Source: Candidatus Latescibacterota bacterium
GTDB lineage: Bacteria > Latescibacterota > UBA2968 > UBA8231
Reading direction: 5' to 3'
Assembly (NCBI GenBank): GCA_964291625.2
Contig: OZ220089.1
Coordinates: forward strand, 64,001 to 128,000
Length of the DNA stretch: 64,000 nucleotides
Shown: one piece after another, positions 50,520 through 60,342 of the stretch
Layout: each line of letters opens with the position of its first letter
Numbering within the stretch: the first letter of the stretch is position 1
Notes under the pieces: model-generated
The model's input: the letters and a program-made list of their open reading frames with translations, nothing else
Told to the model about the DNA's origin: nothing
Databases searched by the model: none
Position numbers and translations under genes: made by a program

Positions 50520-51971
50520 ATGTCCCTCTGCGCGACCCAGGCCGACCCGCGCGCGATCTGCCGCCGCATCAACGAGAGCGCTCCCACCGAGTACATCTTC
50601 GAGGGCGACCGCTCGCGGCTCCATCCAGAGAGCCGACTGCCCTGGCGGATCTCGCCGGAGCCGTTCTGGCTGACCGGCGACCAGCACGCCTTCCTGCTGC
50701 GGCTGGGGCCGGCGCTGCACGCCTTCAACCGCGCCGCCAACCTCCTCTACCACCAGAGCATCCGGGGCCTGGGGCCGGACTGGGTGCGCGCCTACCTCGA
50801 CGCCGGCAAGCCGGAGCGGACCATCGACCTGGGCCGGCTCAACCGCGTCAAGTCGCACCTGCCCGTGGTGATCCGCCCCGACCTCATCGTCACCGCCGAC
50901 GGCGTGCGCGCGGCCGAGCTCGACTCGGTGCCCGGCGGCATCGGCTTCACCGCCCAGCTCACCGCCGCCTACGCCGATCTCGGATACGATCTGGTGGGCG
51001 GCGCCCACGGCCTGGTGGAGGGGTTCTGGCGGGCCGTTGCCGGGACGGCGAAGAGCAGCGACGAGCCCGTGGTCTGCATCCTCGTCTCCGACGAGGCCGA
51101 GGCCTACCGGGACGAGATGGAGTGGCTGGCCGGCGCCCTCCGGGAACGTGGCCGCCCCGTCCACTGCCGCCACCCGCGGGAGTTGCACGTCGACGACGAC
51201 GGCGTGCTCATCGACGGCGGCGACGGACGGGTACGGGTGGACGTGGCCTACCGGTTCTTCGAGCTCTTCGACCTGCCCAACATTCCGAAGGTCGAACTGG
51301 TCTCCTACCACGCCAAGAAGAACGCGGTTCGCGTGACCCCGCCCATGAAGGCCTATCTCGAGGAGAAGATGTGGCTCGCCCTGTTCCACAATCCGCGCCT
51401 GGCCGCCTTCTGGGAGCGGGAGTTGCCGGGCGACGCCTGTGACCTGCTGCGGGACGTCTTCCCCCGAACCTGGGTCCTCGACCCCGCGCCCGTGCCGCCC
51501 CATGTCGTCGTGCCCGGTCTGCAGGTCGGGGGGCGTCCGGTCAGCGGCTGGGAGGAGCTGCGCCACCTCAGCAAGAAGGAGCGCGAGCTCGTCATCAAGC
51601 CCTCGGGGTTCTCGGAGAAGGCCCAGCAGAGCCGCGGCGTCACCGTCGGCCACGACGTGCCCGAAGAGGACTGGAGGGCCGCTCTCGACGAGGCCCTGCG
51701 GTCCTTCGAGCAGACCCCCCGGGTGCTGCAGAACTTCCACAAGGGCGCCCGCCTGCCGGCCCGCTACTACGACTTCGAGTCCGACACCATCGAGAGCATG
51801 CACGGCCGCGTCCTCCTGCGCCCCTACTACTATGTCGTCGGCGAGGAGGTGCTGCTCGCCGGCGTGCAGTGCCTGGTCTGCCCCTCGGACAAGAAGGTCC
51901 TGCACGGCATGACCGAGGCGGTGCTGACGCCCGCCGCGGTGGCGCCGGCTTCGCAGGACGGAACCGGTTGA
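50520..51971 (+). CDS. Circularly permuted ATP-grasp / glutathionylspermidine-synthase-like ligase
   Basis: IRPDLI, ELDSVPGGIG, YRFFELFD, EEKMWLAL, LVIKPSG, SRGVTVG. Confidence 0.6.
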   Translation: MSLCATQADPRAICRRINESAPTEYIFEGDRSRLHPESRLPWRISPEPFWLTGDQHAFLLRLGPALHAFNRAANLLYHQSIRGLGPDWVRAYLDAGKPERTIDLGRLNRVKSHLPVVIRPDLIVTADGVRAAELDSVPGGIGFTAQLTAAYADLGYDLVGGAHGLVEGFWRAVAGTAKSSDEPVVCILVSDEAEAYRDEMEWLAGALRERGRPVHCRHPRELHVDDDGVLIDGGDGRVRVDVAYRFFELFDLPNIPKVELVSYHAKKNAVRVTPPMKAYLEEKMWLALFHNPRLAAFWERELPGDACDLLRDVFPRTWVLDPAPVPPHVVVPGLQVGGRPVSGWEELRHLSKKERELVIKPSGFSEKAQQSRGVTVGHDVPEEDWRAALDEALRSFEQTPRVLQNFHKGARLPARYYDFESDTIESMHGRVLLRPYYYVVGEEVLLAGVQCLVCPSDKKVLHGMTEAVLTPAAVAPASQDGTG

Positions 51972-53050
51972 GCGGCCCCATCCTCATCGACGGCGCCCCG
52001 GTCGAGGCGGACCCCCGCGGCCCGGAGGCCAAGCTCGCCGACCTCGAGGAGCTCCTGCGCCCCATGGGGCGCGTTCTGATCGGCTACTCCGGCGGAGTCG
52101 ACAGCGCTCTCCTCGTCGTCGCCACCCACCGGGTCCTGGGCGAGGACGCCATCGCCGTCACCGCCGATTCCGAGAGCTACGCCGAGGGCGAGCTGGAGCT
52201 GGCGGCGGAAGTGCTGCGCCCCTTCGGTATCCGCCACGAGGTGGTCCGCACCGGCGAGCTCGACAACCCGGACTACGCCGCCAACCCCGTCAACCGCTGC
52301 TACTACTGCAAGAGCGAGCTGTTCTCCCACATGACCGCCCTCGCCGCGGAGCTGCAGGTCGACAACCTGCTCTTCGGCCACAACGCCGACGACCGCGGCG
52401 ACTACCGGCCGGGGGCCACCGCCGCCCGCGAGTTCGGGGTGCGGGCTCCGCTGCAGGAAGCGGGCTTGACGAAGCGCGACGTGCGCGAGCTGGCCCGGCG
52501 CATGGGCATCCCGGTGTGGGACCGGCCGGCCCTGGCCTGTCTGTCCTCCCGGTTCCCCTACGGCACCCCGGTCACCCGCGAGGGACTGCGCCGCGTCGAT
52601 GCCGCCGAGAAGCGGGTGCGGGCCGAGGGCTTCGGCTCCCACGTCCGCGTGCGTCATCACGAAGAGGTGGCCCGCATCGAGCTGCCGACGGACGACCTGG
52701 GGCGGCTGCTCTCGGACCGGTCCCTGCGGGACCGGTTGCGCGCGGGGCTCCTCGATCTCGGCTATTCCAGGGTTACCGCCGATCTCCGCGGCTTCCGCTC
52801 CGGCAGCCTCAACGAGGTGCTGAGCAGCCCGGGGGGCGACGGCGAACCGGCGGCGGCCGTGCGCCGGGAGGCCTCCGGCCTCGGCCTGGTCCCCTGCGAG
52901 TGCGGGGAGCAGGGCCAGGTCCTGTGGGTGCGCCTCTCGGAAGAGGCCGGAAACCGCCTCGCCCAGGACTCGCTGCGCACCGCCCTGGTCTCCGCCGGGG
53001 AGCGCGCCGGGGCCCGCTACATCGCCCTCGACCTGACTCCCGCCTCTTGA
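51968..53050 (+). CDS. larE: ATP-dependent sulfur transferase LarE family, with C-terminal extension
   Basis: PP-loop YSGGVDS, NRCYYCK, DDRGDYRPG, ACLSSRFPYG, VRVRHH, DLRGFRSGSLN. Confidence 0.9.
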   Translation: MSGPILIDGAPVEADPRGPEAKLADLEELLRPMGRVLIGYSGGVDSALLVVATHRVLGEDAIAVTADSESYAEGELELAAEVLRPFGIRHEVVRTGELDNPDYAANPVNRCYYCKSELFSHMTALAAELQVDNLLFGHNADDRGDYRPGATAAREFGVRAPLQEAGLTKRDVRELARRMGIPVWDRPALACLSSRFPYGTPVTREGLRRVDAAEKRVRAEGFGSHVRVRHHEEVARIELPTDDLGRLLSDRSLRDRLRAGLLDLGYSRVTADLRGFRSGSLNEVLSSPGGDGEPAAAVRREASGLGLVPCECGEQGQVLWVRLSEEAGNRLAQDSLRTALVSAGERAGARYIALDLTPAS

Positions 53051-53580
53051 TCCGCGAGATCGTCCGCTACGGTTCGAAGGTCCTGCGCCGCAAGGCCCTC
53101 CCGGTGACCTCGGTCGACGCCGAGGTGAATGCACTCATCCAGGACCTCTTCGACACCCTGGCCGAGGCCGACGGCGTCGGCCTGGCGGCGCCCCAGATCG
53201 GCGTCTCCCGCCGCGTCATCGTCGTCGACATCTCCGCCGCCGAGGCCGACCTGCCGCCCATGGCCCTGGTCAACCCGGCCATCGACGCCGCCGAGGGCAC
53301 GGCCACCGCCGAAGAGGGCTGCCTGAGCATCCCCGATCTCTACGGCGAGGTTCCGCGGTTCACGGAAGTCACCATCTCGGCCCTCGACCACGAGGGGTGC
53401 GCCTTCGAGCTCTCCGCCGAGGGGTTCTTCGCCCGCGTCCTGCAGCACGAGATCGACCATCTCGACGGCCGGCTGTTCATCGACCACATGCCCCCCTTGA
53501 AGCGTCAGCTGTTGCGCGGCGCACTCAAGCGCATCCGCAAGGAGGGCGAGGAGTGGGACCGACGGCACTCGTCGCACTGA
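53047..53580 (+). CDS. def: Peptide deformylase
   Basis: GVGLAAPQIG, EEGCLSIP, QHEIDHLDG. Confidence 0.96.
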   Translation: MIREIVRYGSKVLRRKALPVTSVDAEVNALIQDLFDTLAEADGVGLAAPQIGVSRRVIVVDISAAEADLPPMALVNPAIDAAEGTATAEEGCLSIPDLYGEVPRFTEVTISALDHEGCAFELSAEGFFARVLQHEIDHLDGRLFIDHMPPLKRQLLRGALKRIRKEGEEWDRRHSSH

Positions 53581-53587
53581 CGGCGCG

Positions 53588-53616
53588 TTGACAGGCCCAG
53601 GGAACGCCGTTAGCTT
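53588..53616 (+). promoter_or_regulatory. Sigma70 promoter of tRNA-Asp
   Basis: TTGACA-N17-TAGCTT just upstream of the tRNA. Confidence 0.75.
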
Positions 53617-53637
53617 TTTGCACTTGCTCTACTGCAC

Positions 53638-53715
53638 GGGATCGTAGTTCAGCTGGTATAGAACGCCGGCCTGTCACGCCGGAGGTCGCGGGTTCGAGTC
53701 CCGTCGGTCCCGCCA
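53638..53715 (+). tRNA. tRNA-Asp(GTC)
   Basis: GGGATCG acceptor stem, CTGTCAC anticodon loop, GGTTCGAGTCC T-arm, encoded CCA end. Confidence 0.97.
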
Positions 53716-53721
53716 GAAATG

Positions 53722-53755
53722 AAGGCCCTGGATGCCCGCATCCAGGGCCTTTTTT
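53722..53755 (+). terminator. Intrinsic terminator after tRNA-Asp
   Basis: AAGGCCCTGGATGC-CC-GCATCCAGGGCC-TTTTTT. Confidence 0.9.
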
Positions 53756-53782
53756 CGTGATGGGTCAGGAGGAGGCCAGGCG

Positions 53783-55207
53783 TCAGCTCAGGGCGCGCCA
53801 GACGACTGCCACCAGGAAGCAGAGGAGGAAGCCCATGGCCACGGGCAGCAGCGCCGAGACCGTGGTCCACCGGGCGCTCCGGGTCTCCTTGTAGATCGTG
53901 TAGATCGTCGTCGAGCACGGGTTGTGGACCAGGCTGAAGAGCATCAGGTTCACCGCCGTCAGCAGGGTCCACCCGCCCGAGGCCAGGATCCGTGCCGTGT
54001 CAGGCTCCGAGTCCAGCTCGAACATCACCCCCGCCCCCGCTCCGAGCTCCGGCGTGCCGACGCTCATGACCGTGAGCATGAGGATCGTGGGGATGATGAT
54101 CTCGTTGGCCGGGATGGCGATCACGTAGGCCAGCAGGATCACGCCGTTGAGGCCGATGATGGCGCCGAAGGGGCCGGTGAAGTCGATGAAGTGCTCGGCC
54201 AGGCTGGCCTGTCCGACGGTGATGTTGGAGGACAGCCAGATCACGGCGCCGGCGGGAATGGCGAAGATCACGGCCCGCCACAACACGATGAGCGTGCGGT
54301 CGATGACCGAGGTGTAGATGGTGCGCAGGATCTGGGGCGGCCGGTACGGGGGCAGCTCGAGACTGAAGGCGGAGGCCTCTCCCCTGAGCACGGTCCGGGA
54401 GAGTACCCAGGAGACGGCGAATGCCAGCAGGATCCCGGTCACGGCCACGGTCACCACGGCGGCGGCCGAGACCAGACCCGCCAGGTGCGCGGGCACGAGA
54501 CCGCCGATGAAGATGGTGGCCACCAGGATCTGCGTCGGCCAGCGGCCGTTGCAGAGGGAGAAGTTGTTGGTGATGATGGCGATCAGGCGCTCCCGGGGGC
54601 TGTCGATGACGCGCGTGGAGACGATCGCCGCGGCGTTGCAGCCGAAGCCCATGGCCATGGTCAGGGCCTGCTTGCCGTGGGCCCCGGCGCGGCGGAAGAG
54701 GCCGTCGAGGTTGAAGGCCACCCTCGGCAGGTAGCCGAAGTCCTCGAGGAGGGTGAAGAGGGGGAAGAAGATCGCCATGGGGGGCAGCATGACGCTGATC
54801 ACCCAGGCCATGGCCAGGTAGATGCCGTCGATGAGCAAACCGTCGAGCCACCAGGGCACGCCGATGGCGGCGGCCCCGCTCTTGAGGGCGGGGTGGACGG
54901 TATCGACGAGCAGCGTCGCCAGCATGGCCGATGGATAGTTGGCGCCCTCGATGGTCAGCCAGAAGACCACGGTCAGCATGAGCAGCATCAGCGGAAAGCC
55001 GAGCCAGCGGCTGGTGACGAAGCGGTCGATGGTGCGGTCCAGATCGAAGCGGCCTCGCTCTCCGGCGCGGGTCACGGCGCGGTCGGCGATGCGCGCCGCA
55101 TCGGTGTAGATCGACTCTACGAGCTCGTCGTGGAAGTCACGGCCCGCGTCCCAGCGCAGGGAACCGGCCCGGGAGAGGATCGTCTCCGGGTGCGCTCGCC
55201 GTTCCAT
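53783..55207 (-). CDS. feoB: FeoB membrane domain (split feoB, second half)
   Basis: [50 protein letters not shown]. Confidence 0.9.
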   Translation of the reverse strand: MERRAHPETILSRAGSLRWDAGRDFHDELVESIYTDAARIADRAVTRAGERGRFDLDRTIDRFVTSRWLGFPLMLLMLTVVFWLTIEGANYPSAMLATLLVDTVHPALKSGAAAIGVPWWLDGLLIDGIYLAMAWVISVMLPPMAIFFPLFTLLEDFGYLPRVAFNLDGLFRRAGAHGKQALTMAMGFGCNAAAIVSTRVIDSPRERLIAIITNNFSLCNGRWPTQILVATIFIGGLVPAHLAGLVSAAAVVTVAVTGILLAFAVSWVLSRTVLRGEASAFSLELPPYRPPQILRTIYTSVIDRTLIVLWRAVIFAIPAGAVIWLSSNITVGQASLAEHFIDFTGPFGAIIGLNGVILLAYVIAIPANEIIIPTILMLTVMSVGTPELGAGAGVMFELDSEPDTARILASGGWTLLTAVNLMLFSLVHNPCSTTIYTIYKETRSARWTTVSALLPVAMGFLLCFLVAVVWRALS

Positions 55208-56037
55208 CAGCTCGCCTCCACACGGGCGCCGCCGGCGTCGGAGGTCGCCCTCGCCAGGTGACGCCCGAGGTCGGCGATCTCTCCGGAGCGCACGGCCTCG
55301 ACGATGCGCGGGTCCCCCTCCAGCAGCCGCAGGGCCACCCAGCGCGCGTTCGGCAGTCCGGGAAAGGCGGCCGACACCTCGGCCATCAGCTCCTCCACGG
55401 CGGCCTTCAGTCCCGGGGGCGGCTCGATCCGGTGAGGCTTGCAGTTCGTCTTTCCCGTGGCCACGTCGGCCACCGCCTGCAGCAGCTCGGGAATGCCCTG
55501 GGAGCGCCGGGCCACGGTGGGCACCACCGGGACTCCGAGGTCGCGCGCCAGGCGCCGGCCGTCGACCTCCATGCCCCGGCGCTCGCCCTCGTCCATCAGG
55601 TTCAGGCAGAGGACGGCGCGGTCGGTGATCTCGAGGACCTGCAGGACGAGATTCAGATTGCGTTCCAGCAGGCTCGCGTCGGCGACGATGACGGTCACGT
55701 CGGGACTGCCGAAGAGCAGGAAGTCGCGGGCCACTTCCTCGTCATCGCTCGTGGAGAGGAGGGAGTAGGTACCGGGCAGGTCGACCAGCTTGTAGCGGCT
55801 CCCCCCGTACGCGAACCCGCCTTCGGCGCGCACCACGGTCTTGCCGGGCCAGTTGCCGGTGTGCTGCCGCAGCCCCGTCAAGGCGTTGAAGACGGTCGTC
55901 TTGCCGGTGTTGGGGTTCCCCGCCAGGGCGACCACGAAGTCCCAGTTGGCCATGTTCACGCCCAGCCGGATCAGGTTGGCGGCGTGATGGGCCGGACAGG
56001 CCTCGCAGGCGCCTGCGGCGACGGGCTCGCCGGTCAT
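55207..56037 (-). CDS. feoB: FeoB small GTPase domain (split feoB, first half)
   Basis: [28 protein letters not shown]; N-terminal CEACPAHH; RBS AAGGAG. Confidence 0.9.
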   Translation of the reverse strand: MTGEPVAAGACEACPAHHAANLIRLGVNMANWDFVVALAGNPNTGKTTVFNALTGLRQHTGNWPGKTVVRAEGGFAYGGSRYKLVDLPGTYSLLSTSDDEEVARDFLLFGSPDVTVIVADASLLERNLNLVLQVLEITDRAVLCLNLMDEGERRGMEVDGRRLARDLGVPVVPTVARRSQGIPELLQAVADVATGKTNCKPHRIEPPPGLKAAVEELMAEVSAAFPGLPNARWVALRLLEGDPRIVEAVRSGEIADLGRHLARATSDAGGARVEAS

Positions 56038-56071
56038 CTCGATCTCTCCTTGGCTCACTTGGCAGTGCGGC

Positions 56072-57097
56072 TCACGGGGCCGCCTCTGGCAGCTCGCGCT
56101 CGACCTGGACCTGCCCGGCCTGCTGGCGCCGCAGGGCGACCGTCGCCCCGCGCACCTGGTAGGCCACCGGGTCGCCGGTGGGGCTCACCATCTCGACGAG
56201 GACCTCGGTGCCCGGCAGCAGGCCAAGGTCCAGCAGGCGGCGGCGCTCCAGGCCCCGGCAGGCGGGGGAGATGCCGACGACTCGCGCCCGCTCCCCCCGG
56301 ACGAGGTCGTCGAGGCTGTCGTAGGGCCCCGGCATCTGCCCGTCGACGGCATGGACGAAGACGTTGCCGGCCACCACCGGCGGCAGGCTGTGGGAGCGGC
56401 CGTCGGCGATCAGGCGGATCTCTTCGTCGCCGGCGCTCACCAGCTGCACCCGGATGCCCGGATAGAGGCCGGCTTCGGTCAGCTGGCGGTAGACCTCCTC
56501 GGGCTCGTCCTCGACATGCTCGATGCGGGCCAACTCGCCCTCCTGGAGGGCCGGCAGCGGGACCGTCTGCGGCGGCGGCACCTCCCCTTCGGCGGTGGGG
56601 ATCGGGTCGCCGTGGGGATCGTAGGCGGGGTGGCCCATCTCCCGGGAGAGCCTCTCCGTCTCCTCGGCCGAGAGGTGATGCTCGCGGCGCTCCGCCTCCT
56701 CGTGCCAGCGGGAACGGCTGACGCCGGTGCGCTCGGCGAGGTAGCGCTCCCAGAGCCGGTGGATACGCACCATCCGCAGCGCCTCCTCGCGGCCGTCGCG
56801 CGTCAGCGCCATGCCGTGCTCGAGGGTCGAGACGAGGCCGAGGGACTCCAGGCGGATGAGGACGCCGGCGGCCCGGCTCCGGGGCACCTCGAGGGCTCCG
56901 GCGAGGCTCTCGACGCTGGCCGTCCGCTTCTGGTACTCGCAGTCATAGAGATGCTTGAGCCCGTCCTCGACCAGGATCCGCTCCCCCATCCCCCGCAGCC
57001 GGCGCCACCGGCGCAGCCAGCCGCGCCCGGGCCACGCGAGCAGGGCGAGAGCGGCGGCCACGACGGCCGCCCAATAGAGAGGGGTTGATGATTCCAT
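56072..57097 (-). CDS. DtxR/MntR-family metalloregulator with N-terminal TM helix and two FeoA domains
   Basis: Hydrophobic N-terminus, [33 protein letters not shown], two FeoA-like repeats. Confidence 0.88.
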   Translation of the reverse strand: MESSTPLYWAAVVAAALALLAWPGRGWLRRWRRLRGMGERILVEDGLKHLYDCEYQKRTASVESLAGALEVPRSRAAGVLIRLESLGLVSTLEHGMALTRDGREEALRMVRIHRLWERYLAERTGVSRSRWHEEAERREHHLSAEETERLSREMGHPAYDPHGDPIPTAEGEVPPPQTVPLPALQEGELARIEHVEDEPEEVYRQLTEAGLYPGIRVQLVSAGDEEIRLIADGRSHSLPPVVAGNVFVHAVDGQMPGPYDSLDDLVRGERARVVGISPACRGLERRRLLDLGLLPGTEVLVEMVSPTGDPVAYQVRGATVALRRQQAGQVQVERELPEAAP

Positions 57098-57113
57098 GAC
57101 TGCGAACTTTATT

Positions 57114-57129
57114 TTTAGACTAGGCTAAA
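57114..57129. promoter_or_regulatory. Putative DtxR/MntR operator
   Basis: TTTAGACTAGGCTAAA inverted repeat (TTAG-N6-CTAA) in an AT-rich patch between the two divergent DtxR-family genes. Confidence 0.7.
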
Positions 57130-57208
57130 TCGCCTCGGCCCCATAGGATAGGCCCGGCCCCCGGAGCCCGTCAAGAGCCTGGTGGGGGCCGCCGACAAGG
57201 ATCGACCG

Positions 57209-57877
57209 ATGCTCAGCGACGCGGTGCAGGACTACCTGAAGGCGATTTTCAAGCTCTCCCGGGCCCCGGAGGCGGCCGGCATGGTGACCACCTCCCACAT
57301 CGCCGAACGCCTGCGGGTATCGGCGGCTTCGGCTACGAACATGATCAAGAAGCTGGCGGAGATGCGGCTCCTCGACCACCACCCCTATCAGGGGGTGGAG
57401 CTGACCCCCGCGGGCGAGAAGATCGCCCTGGAGATCGTGCGCCATCACCGCCTCCTCGAGCTCTATCTCCGCGAGGCCCTGGGCTACGACTGGGACCAGG
57501 TCGACGCCGAGGCCGACCGCCTCGAGCACGTCATCTCCGAGGACTTCGAGGACCGCATCGACAAGGCCCTCGGGCACCCCACCGTCGGCGCCCACGGCGA
57601 GCCGATCCCCACCAAGGACGGGGAGATCGCCGACCACCACTACCAGCGGCTCTCCGAGCTGAGCGCGGGGCAGCGCGGCCGCATCCGGCAGGTGAGCGAC
57701 CGGGACCCGGAGCTGCTCCGCTACCTCGACCGCAGCGGACTCGTCCTCGGCACCGAGGTCCGCGTCCGCGACCGGGCTCCCTTCCAGGGGCCGATCCGCC
57801 TGGACGTGGGCCGCTCCGGCGAGCGGCACATCGGCCTCGACGTGGCAGCGGCGATCTACGTCGACGTTCTGCGGTAA
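57209..57877 (+). CDS. DtxR/MntR-family transcriptional regulator
   Basis: QDYLKAIF, SATNMIKKL, RHHRLLELYL, EADRLEH, HGEPIP, C-terminal FeoA domain. Confidence 0.92.
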   Translation: MLSDAVQDYLKAIFKLSRAPEAAGMVTTSHIAERLRVSAASATNMIKKLAEMRLLDHHPYQGVELTPAGEKIALEIVRHHRLLELYLREALGYDWDQVDAEADRLEHVISEDFEDRIDKALGHPTVGAHGEPIPTKDGEIADHHYQRLSELSAGQRGRIRQVSDRDPELLRYLDRSGLVLGTEVRVRDRAPFQGPIRLDVGRSGERHIGLDVAAAIYVDVLR

Positions 57878-57879
57878 GG

Positions 57880-58176
57880 TTGGAACCCTTCTTCACACCC
57901 GCCTCGGAGGAGCATGTGGCCCGCGAGAAGGACAGGGCCCGTGACCTCCGCAGGAGCCAGTGGTGGAAACGCCGGCTGGGCCGCGGGAGGTGCCACTACT
58001 GCGGCCGGTCGACGCCGCCGCGGGAGCTCACCATGGACCACGTGGTGCCCATCGTGCGCGGCGGCACCAGCGAGAAGGGCAACGTCGTCCCCTGCTGCAA
58101 GGAGTGCAACAGCCGCAAGAGGGACCTGCTGCCCCTCGAGTGGGAGGAGTATCTCCAGCGGCTGGAACGGGACTAG
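57880..58176 (+). CDS. Small HNH endonuclease family protein
   Basis: CHYC, TMDHVVP..RGG, NVVPCCKECN. Confidence 0.85.
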   Translation: MEPFFTPASEEHVAREKDRARDLRRSQWWKRRLGRGRCHYCGRSTPPRELTMDHVVPIVRGGTSEKGNVVPCCKECNSRKRDLLPLEWEEYLQRLERD

Positions 58177-58201
58177 CCGGAGGGTCCGCTCCCTCCGGTT
58201 C

Positions 58202-59143
58202 TCAGTGGTAGTGGAGGATGGGGCGAATGGCGGCTTCCACCTCGGCGGCCACCTCCGGCGGCACCCGCGGGTTGAAGGGCCCCCCCTCGCCGCCCTCGAT
58301 GTCGTCGAAGCCGCCCAGGTGCATCGCCTCGACGACGGCGGAGTAGTTGTAGCGGCGGTCGTCGCGGAAGCGGATCTCCTCCAGCGGCGCCAGCTCCTCC
58401 TCGACCATGCGGGCGCGCTCGTAGTCGCCGCGGCGCTGGGCGTTGTTGATCTCGTCCGAGGCCCTGGCGAAGACCACGTTGATCCCCGAGGTGTGGCCCC
58501 GGGCCCCCTCCTGAGCCGGTCCCGTGCTGCGGTCGCCGATCCCCCAGATGACGATGCCGGCGCCGTCCCGGACGCCTTCTACCATTGGTTTCACGTCGCC
58601 GGGGCGGGTACCGATCTTGACCCCGAGGAAGTGGGCCGAGTCGTTCACCAGGCGCATGGCCGCGGACGCCTGGTTGGACTGCCGCAGGTAGTAGAGGAAG
58701 CGGGCCCCGTGCTCGCCTCCGAGCCGCTCGGCGAGGGCCATGTAGCCGTGGTAGATACCCTCCGGATCGGCCACGCCGGTCAGCGGCATGATCAGGTAGG
58801 CGTCGGGCGGGTTCGCGAGCCGGCACTGGGCGGCGATGAGCCGCTCGGCGTCGGCCTGCGGGTTGGGCGCCACGCCGGAGATGAAGATCCCCCTGCCCGC
58901 CACCCGGGCCGCCGTGAACTCCATCAGGTTCAACTGCTCGTCCGTGTCGATGTGGTGGACGAGGCTGGTGCCGGCGATGGAGACCACCCGCGCGCGATCC
59001 CCCTCCAGCACCTTGGTGCCGAGGAGGTACTTGATGTTCTTCCCGTGGGCCTCGTAGTCGATCCACCCGCCCTTGAAGGGGACGATGGGGATGGAGATGA
59101 CGGTGTCGAGGGCGTCGATCAGATCTTCGGTGCTCAGGGGCAT
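58202..59143 (-). CDS. Dihydrodipicolinate synthase (DHDPS/NAL) family lyase
   Basis: IPIVPF..GWIDYE, IAGTS, LYYLR, GVKIG (Schiff-base Lys), GHTSG. Confidence 0.75.
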   Translation of the reverse strand: MPLSTEDLIDALDTVISIPIVPFKGGWIDYEAHGKNIKYLLGTKVLEGDRARVVSIAGTSLVHHIDTDEQLNLMEFTAARVAGRGIFISGVAPNPQADAERLIAAQCRLANPPDAYLIMPLTGVADPEGIYHGYMALAERLGGEHGARFLYYLRQSNQASAAMRLVNDSAHFLGVKIGTRPGDVKPMVEGVRDGAGIVIWGIGDRSTGPAQEGARGHTSGINVVFARASDEINNAQRRGDYERARMVEEELAPLEEIRFRDDRRYNYSAVVEAMHLGGFDDIEGGEGGPFNPRVPPEVAAEVEAAIRPILHYH

Positions 59144-59223
59144 GCAGGGGCTCCGGTCGTTGGGTGAGTCTGTGGCGTGCTGCGGCGGGCGCGGTAGAGA
59201 GTACGGAGGCCCGTCGATGGCCG

Positions 59224-60324
59224 TCAACGATCCACCCGGAAGGGGGACATCTCCCGGCCCGGGTCGCCCCTGGTGATCCACCGGGCGAGGACCCGCCCCG
59301 TGAGGGGCCCCATGAGGACGCCGTTCCTGTAGTGGCCGGTGGCCGCCCAGAGGTTGTCCGCACCGGGCACGGGGCCGATGAGAGGGCGACCTTGGGGAGG
59401 CTTGGGGCGCAGGCCGGCGCGCTGCTCGCGCAGGACCGGGGGTCGGGCGAGGACCCGCCTGCACAGGGCCGTCAGCTCCTGACGCGCCGACGGTGTGGTG
59501 CCGGCGTCGAACCCGGTCTCCTCGACGGTGCCGCCCACGAGCAGGCCTCCCGGGGCCGGCAGCACGTTTCCCCCGGAGCAGCGCAGCACGTGGCGTACGG
59601 GACCGCCGGCGAAGAGACAGCTCTGACCCCGCACCGGCCGCACCCGCAGCCGCCCCGCCTCCGGGCCGCCGAAGTCCGCGGACCAGGATCCGGCGGCGAT
59701 CACCGCGGCATCGAAGGTGGCTCGCCTGGAACCGCCGCCCTCGTGCAGGTCGCACTCCACCCCGCCGGGCGCAGGGCGCAGGCCGCCGACGGCGACGCCG
59801 AAGCGGAACCGGGCGCCCCTGCCCTCGGCGGCGCGCTGCAGGACCGATGCCAGAGTCGGCGGGTCGACCCGCTGATCGGCGGGGTAGAAGGCGGCCCCCG
59901 CCGCGGACTCCGACAGGGCGGGCTCCGCCTCCCGCAGCCGGCCCTCTTCGAGCCACTCCCCCCGGACGCCGCGGGACCGGTTCTCCTCCAGGCGTGAGCG
60001 CAGCGCCTCGGCCTCCCCGTCATCGAGGGCCAGGTCCAGTCCCCCCAGGGGCCGCCAGCCCGCATCCAGGCCGGTCTCCTCGCGCAGCTCCCCGCTCAGC
60101 CTCTCGTGCAGGGAGTGGGCGTCGCGATAGAAGGAGGAGAGCGGGTCCTGTCCCCCGGTGGGCCGGGTCAGGATCCCGAGGGAGGCCCGCGTCGTGAACG
60201 AGGGCGACGAATCCCGGTCGGCGACGACCACGGAGACGCCCGAGCGGGCGAGATAGTATGCGGCCGAGCGCCCGACGATGCCGGCGCCGGCCACCAGGAC
60301 CCGGGCACGGTTCCCGGCGCTCAC
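59224..60324 (-). CDS. FAD-dependent oxidoreductase, glycine oxidase (ThiO)/D-amino-acid oxidase family
   Basis: VAGAGIVG, AAGSWS, VRPVRGQ, AGLRP, ATGHYRNGVLMGP. Confidence 0.85.
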   Translation of the reverse strand: MSAGNRARVLVAGAGIVGRSAAYYLARSGVSVVVADRDSSPSFTTRASLGILTRPTGGQDPLSSFYRDAHSLHERLSGELREETGLDAGWRPLGGLDLALDDGEAEALRSRLEENRSRGVRGEWLEEGRLREAEPALSESAAGAAFYPADQRVDPPTLASVLQRAAEGRGARFRFGVAVGGLRPAPGGVECDLHEGGGSRRATFDAAVIAAGSWSADFGGPEAGRLRVRPVRGQSCLFAGGPVRHVLRCSGGNVLPAPGGLLVGGTVEETGFDAGTTPSARQELTALCRRVLARPPVLREQRAGLRPKPPQGRPLIGPVPGADNLWAATGHYRNGVLMGPLTGRVLARWITRGDPGREMSPFRVDR

Positions 60325-60342
60325 GAGGCCTGCCGGACCGCC

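Noticed and set aside
53638-58176. tRNA-Asp as an integration site for an island including the HNH gene
   Set aside because: No integrase beside it, I found no duplicated tRNA 3' end, and this small HNH type is commonly chromosomal.
59224-60324. Calling this gene thiO (thiamine biosynthesis)
   Set aside because: Family motifs fit but no thiS/thiG neighbours are in the window, so the function is left open.
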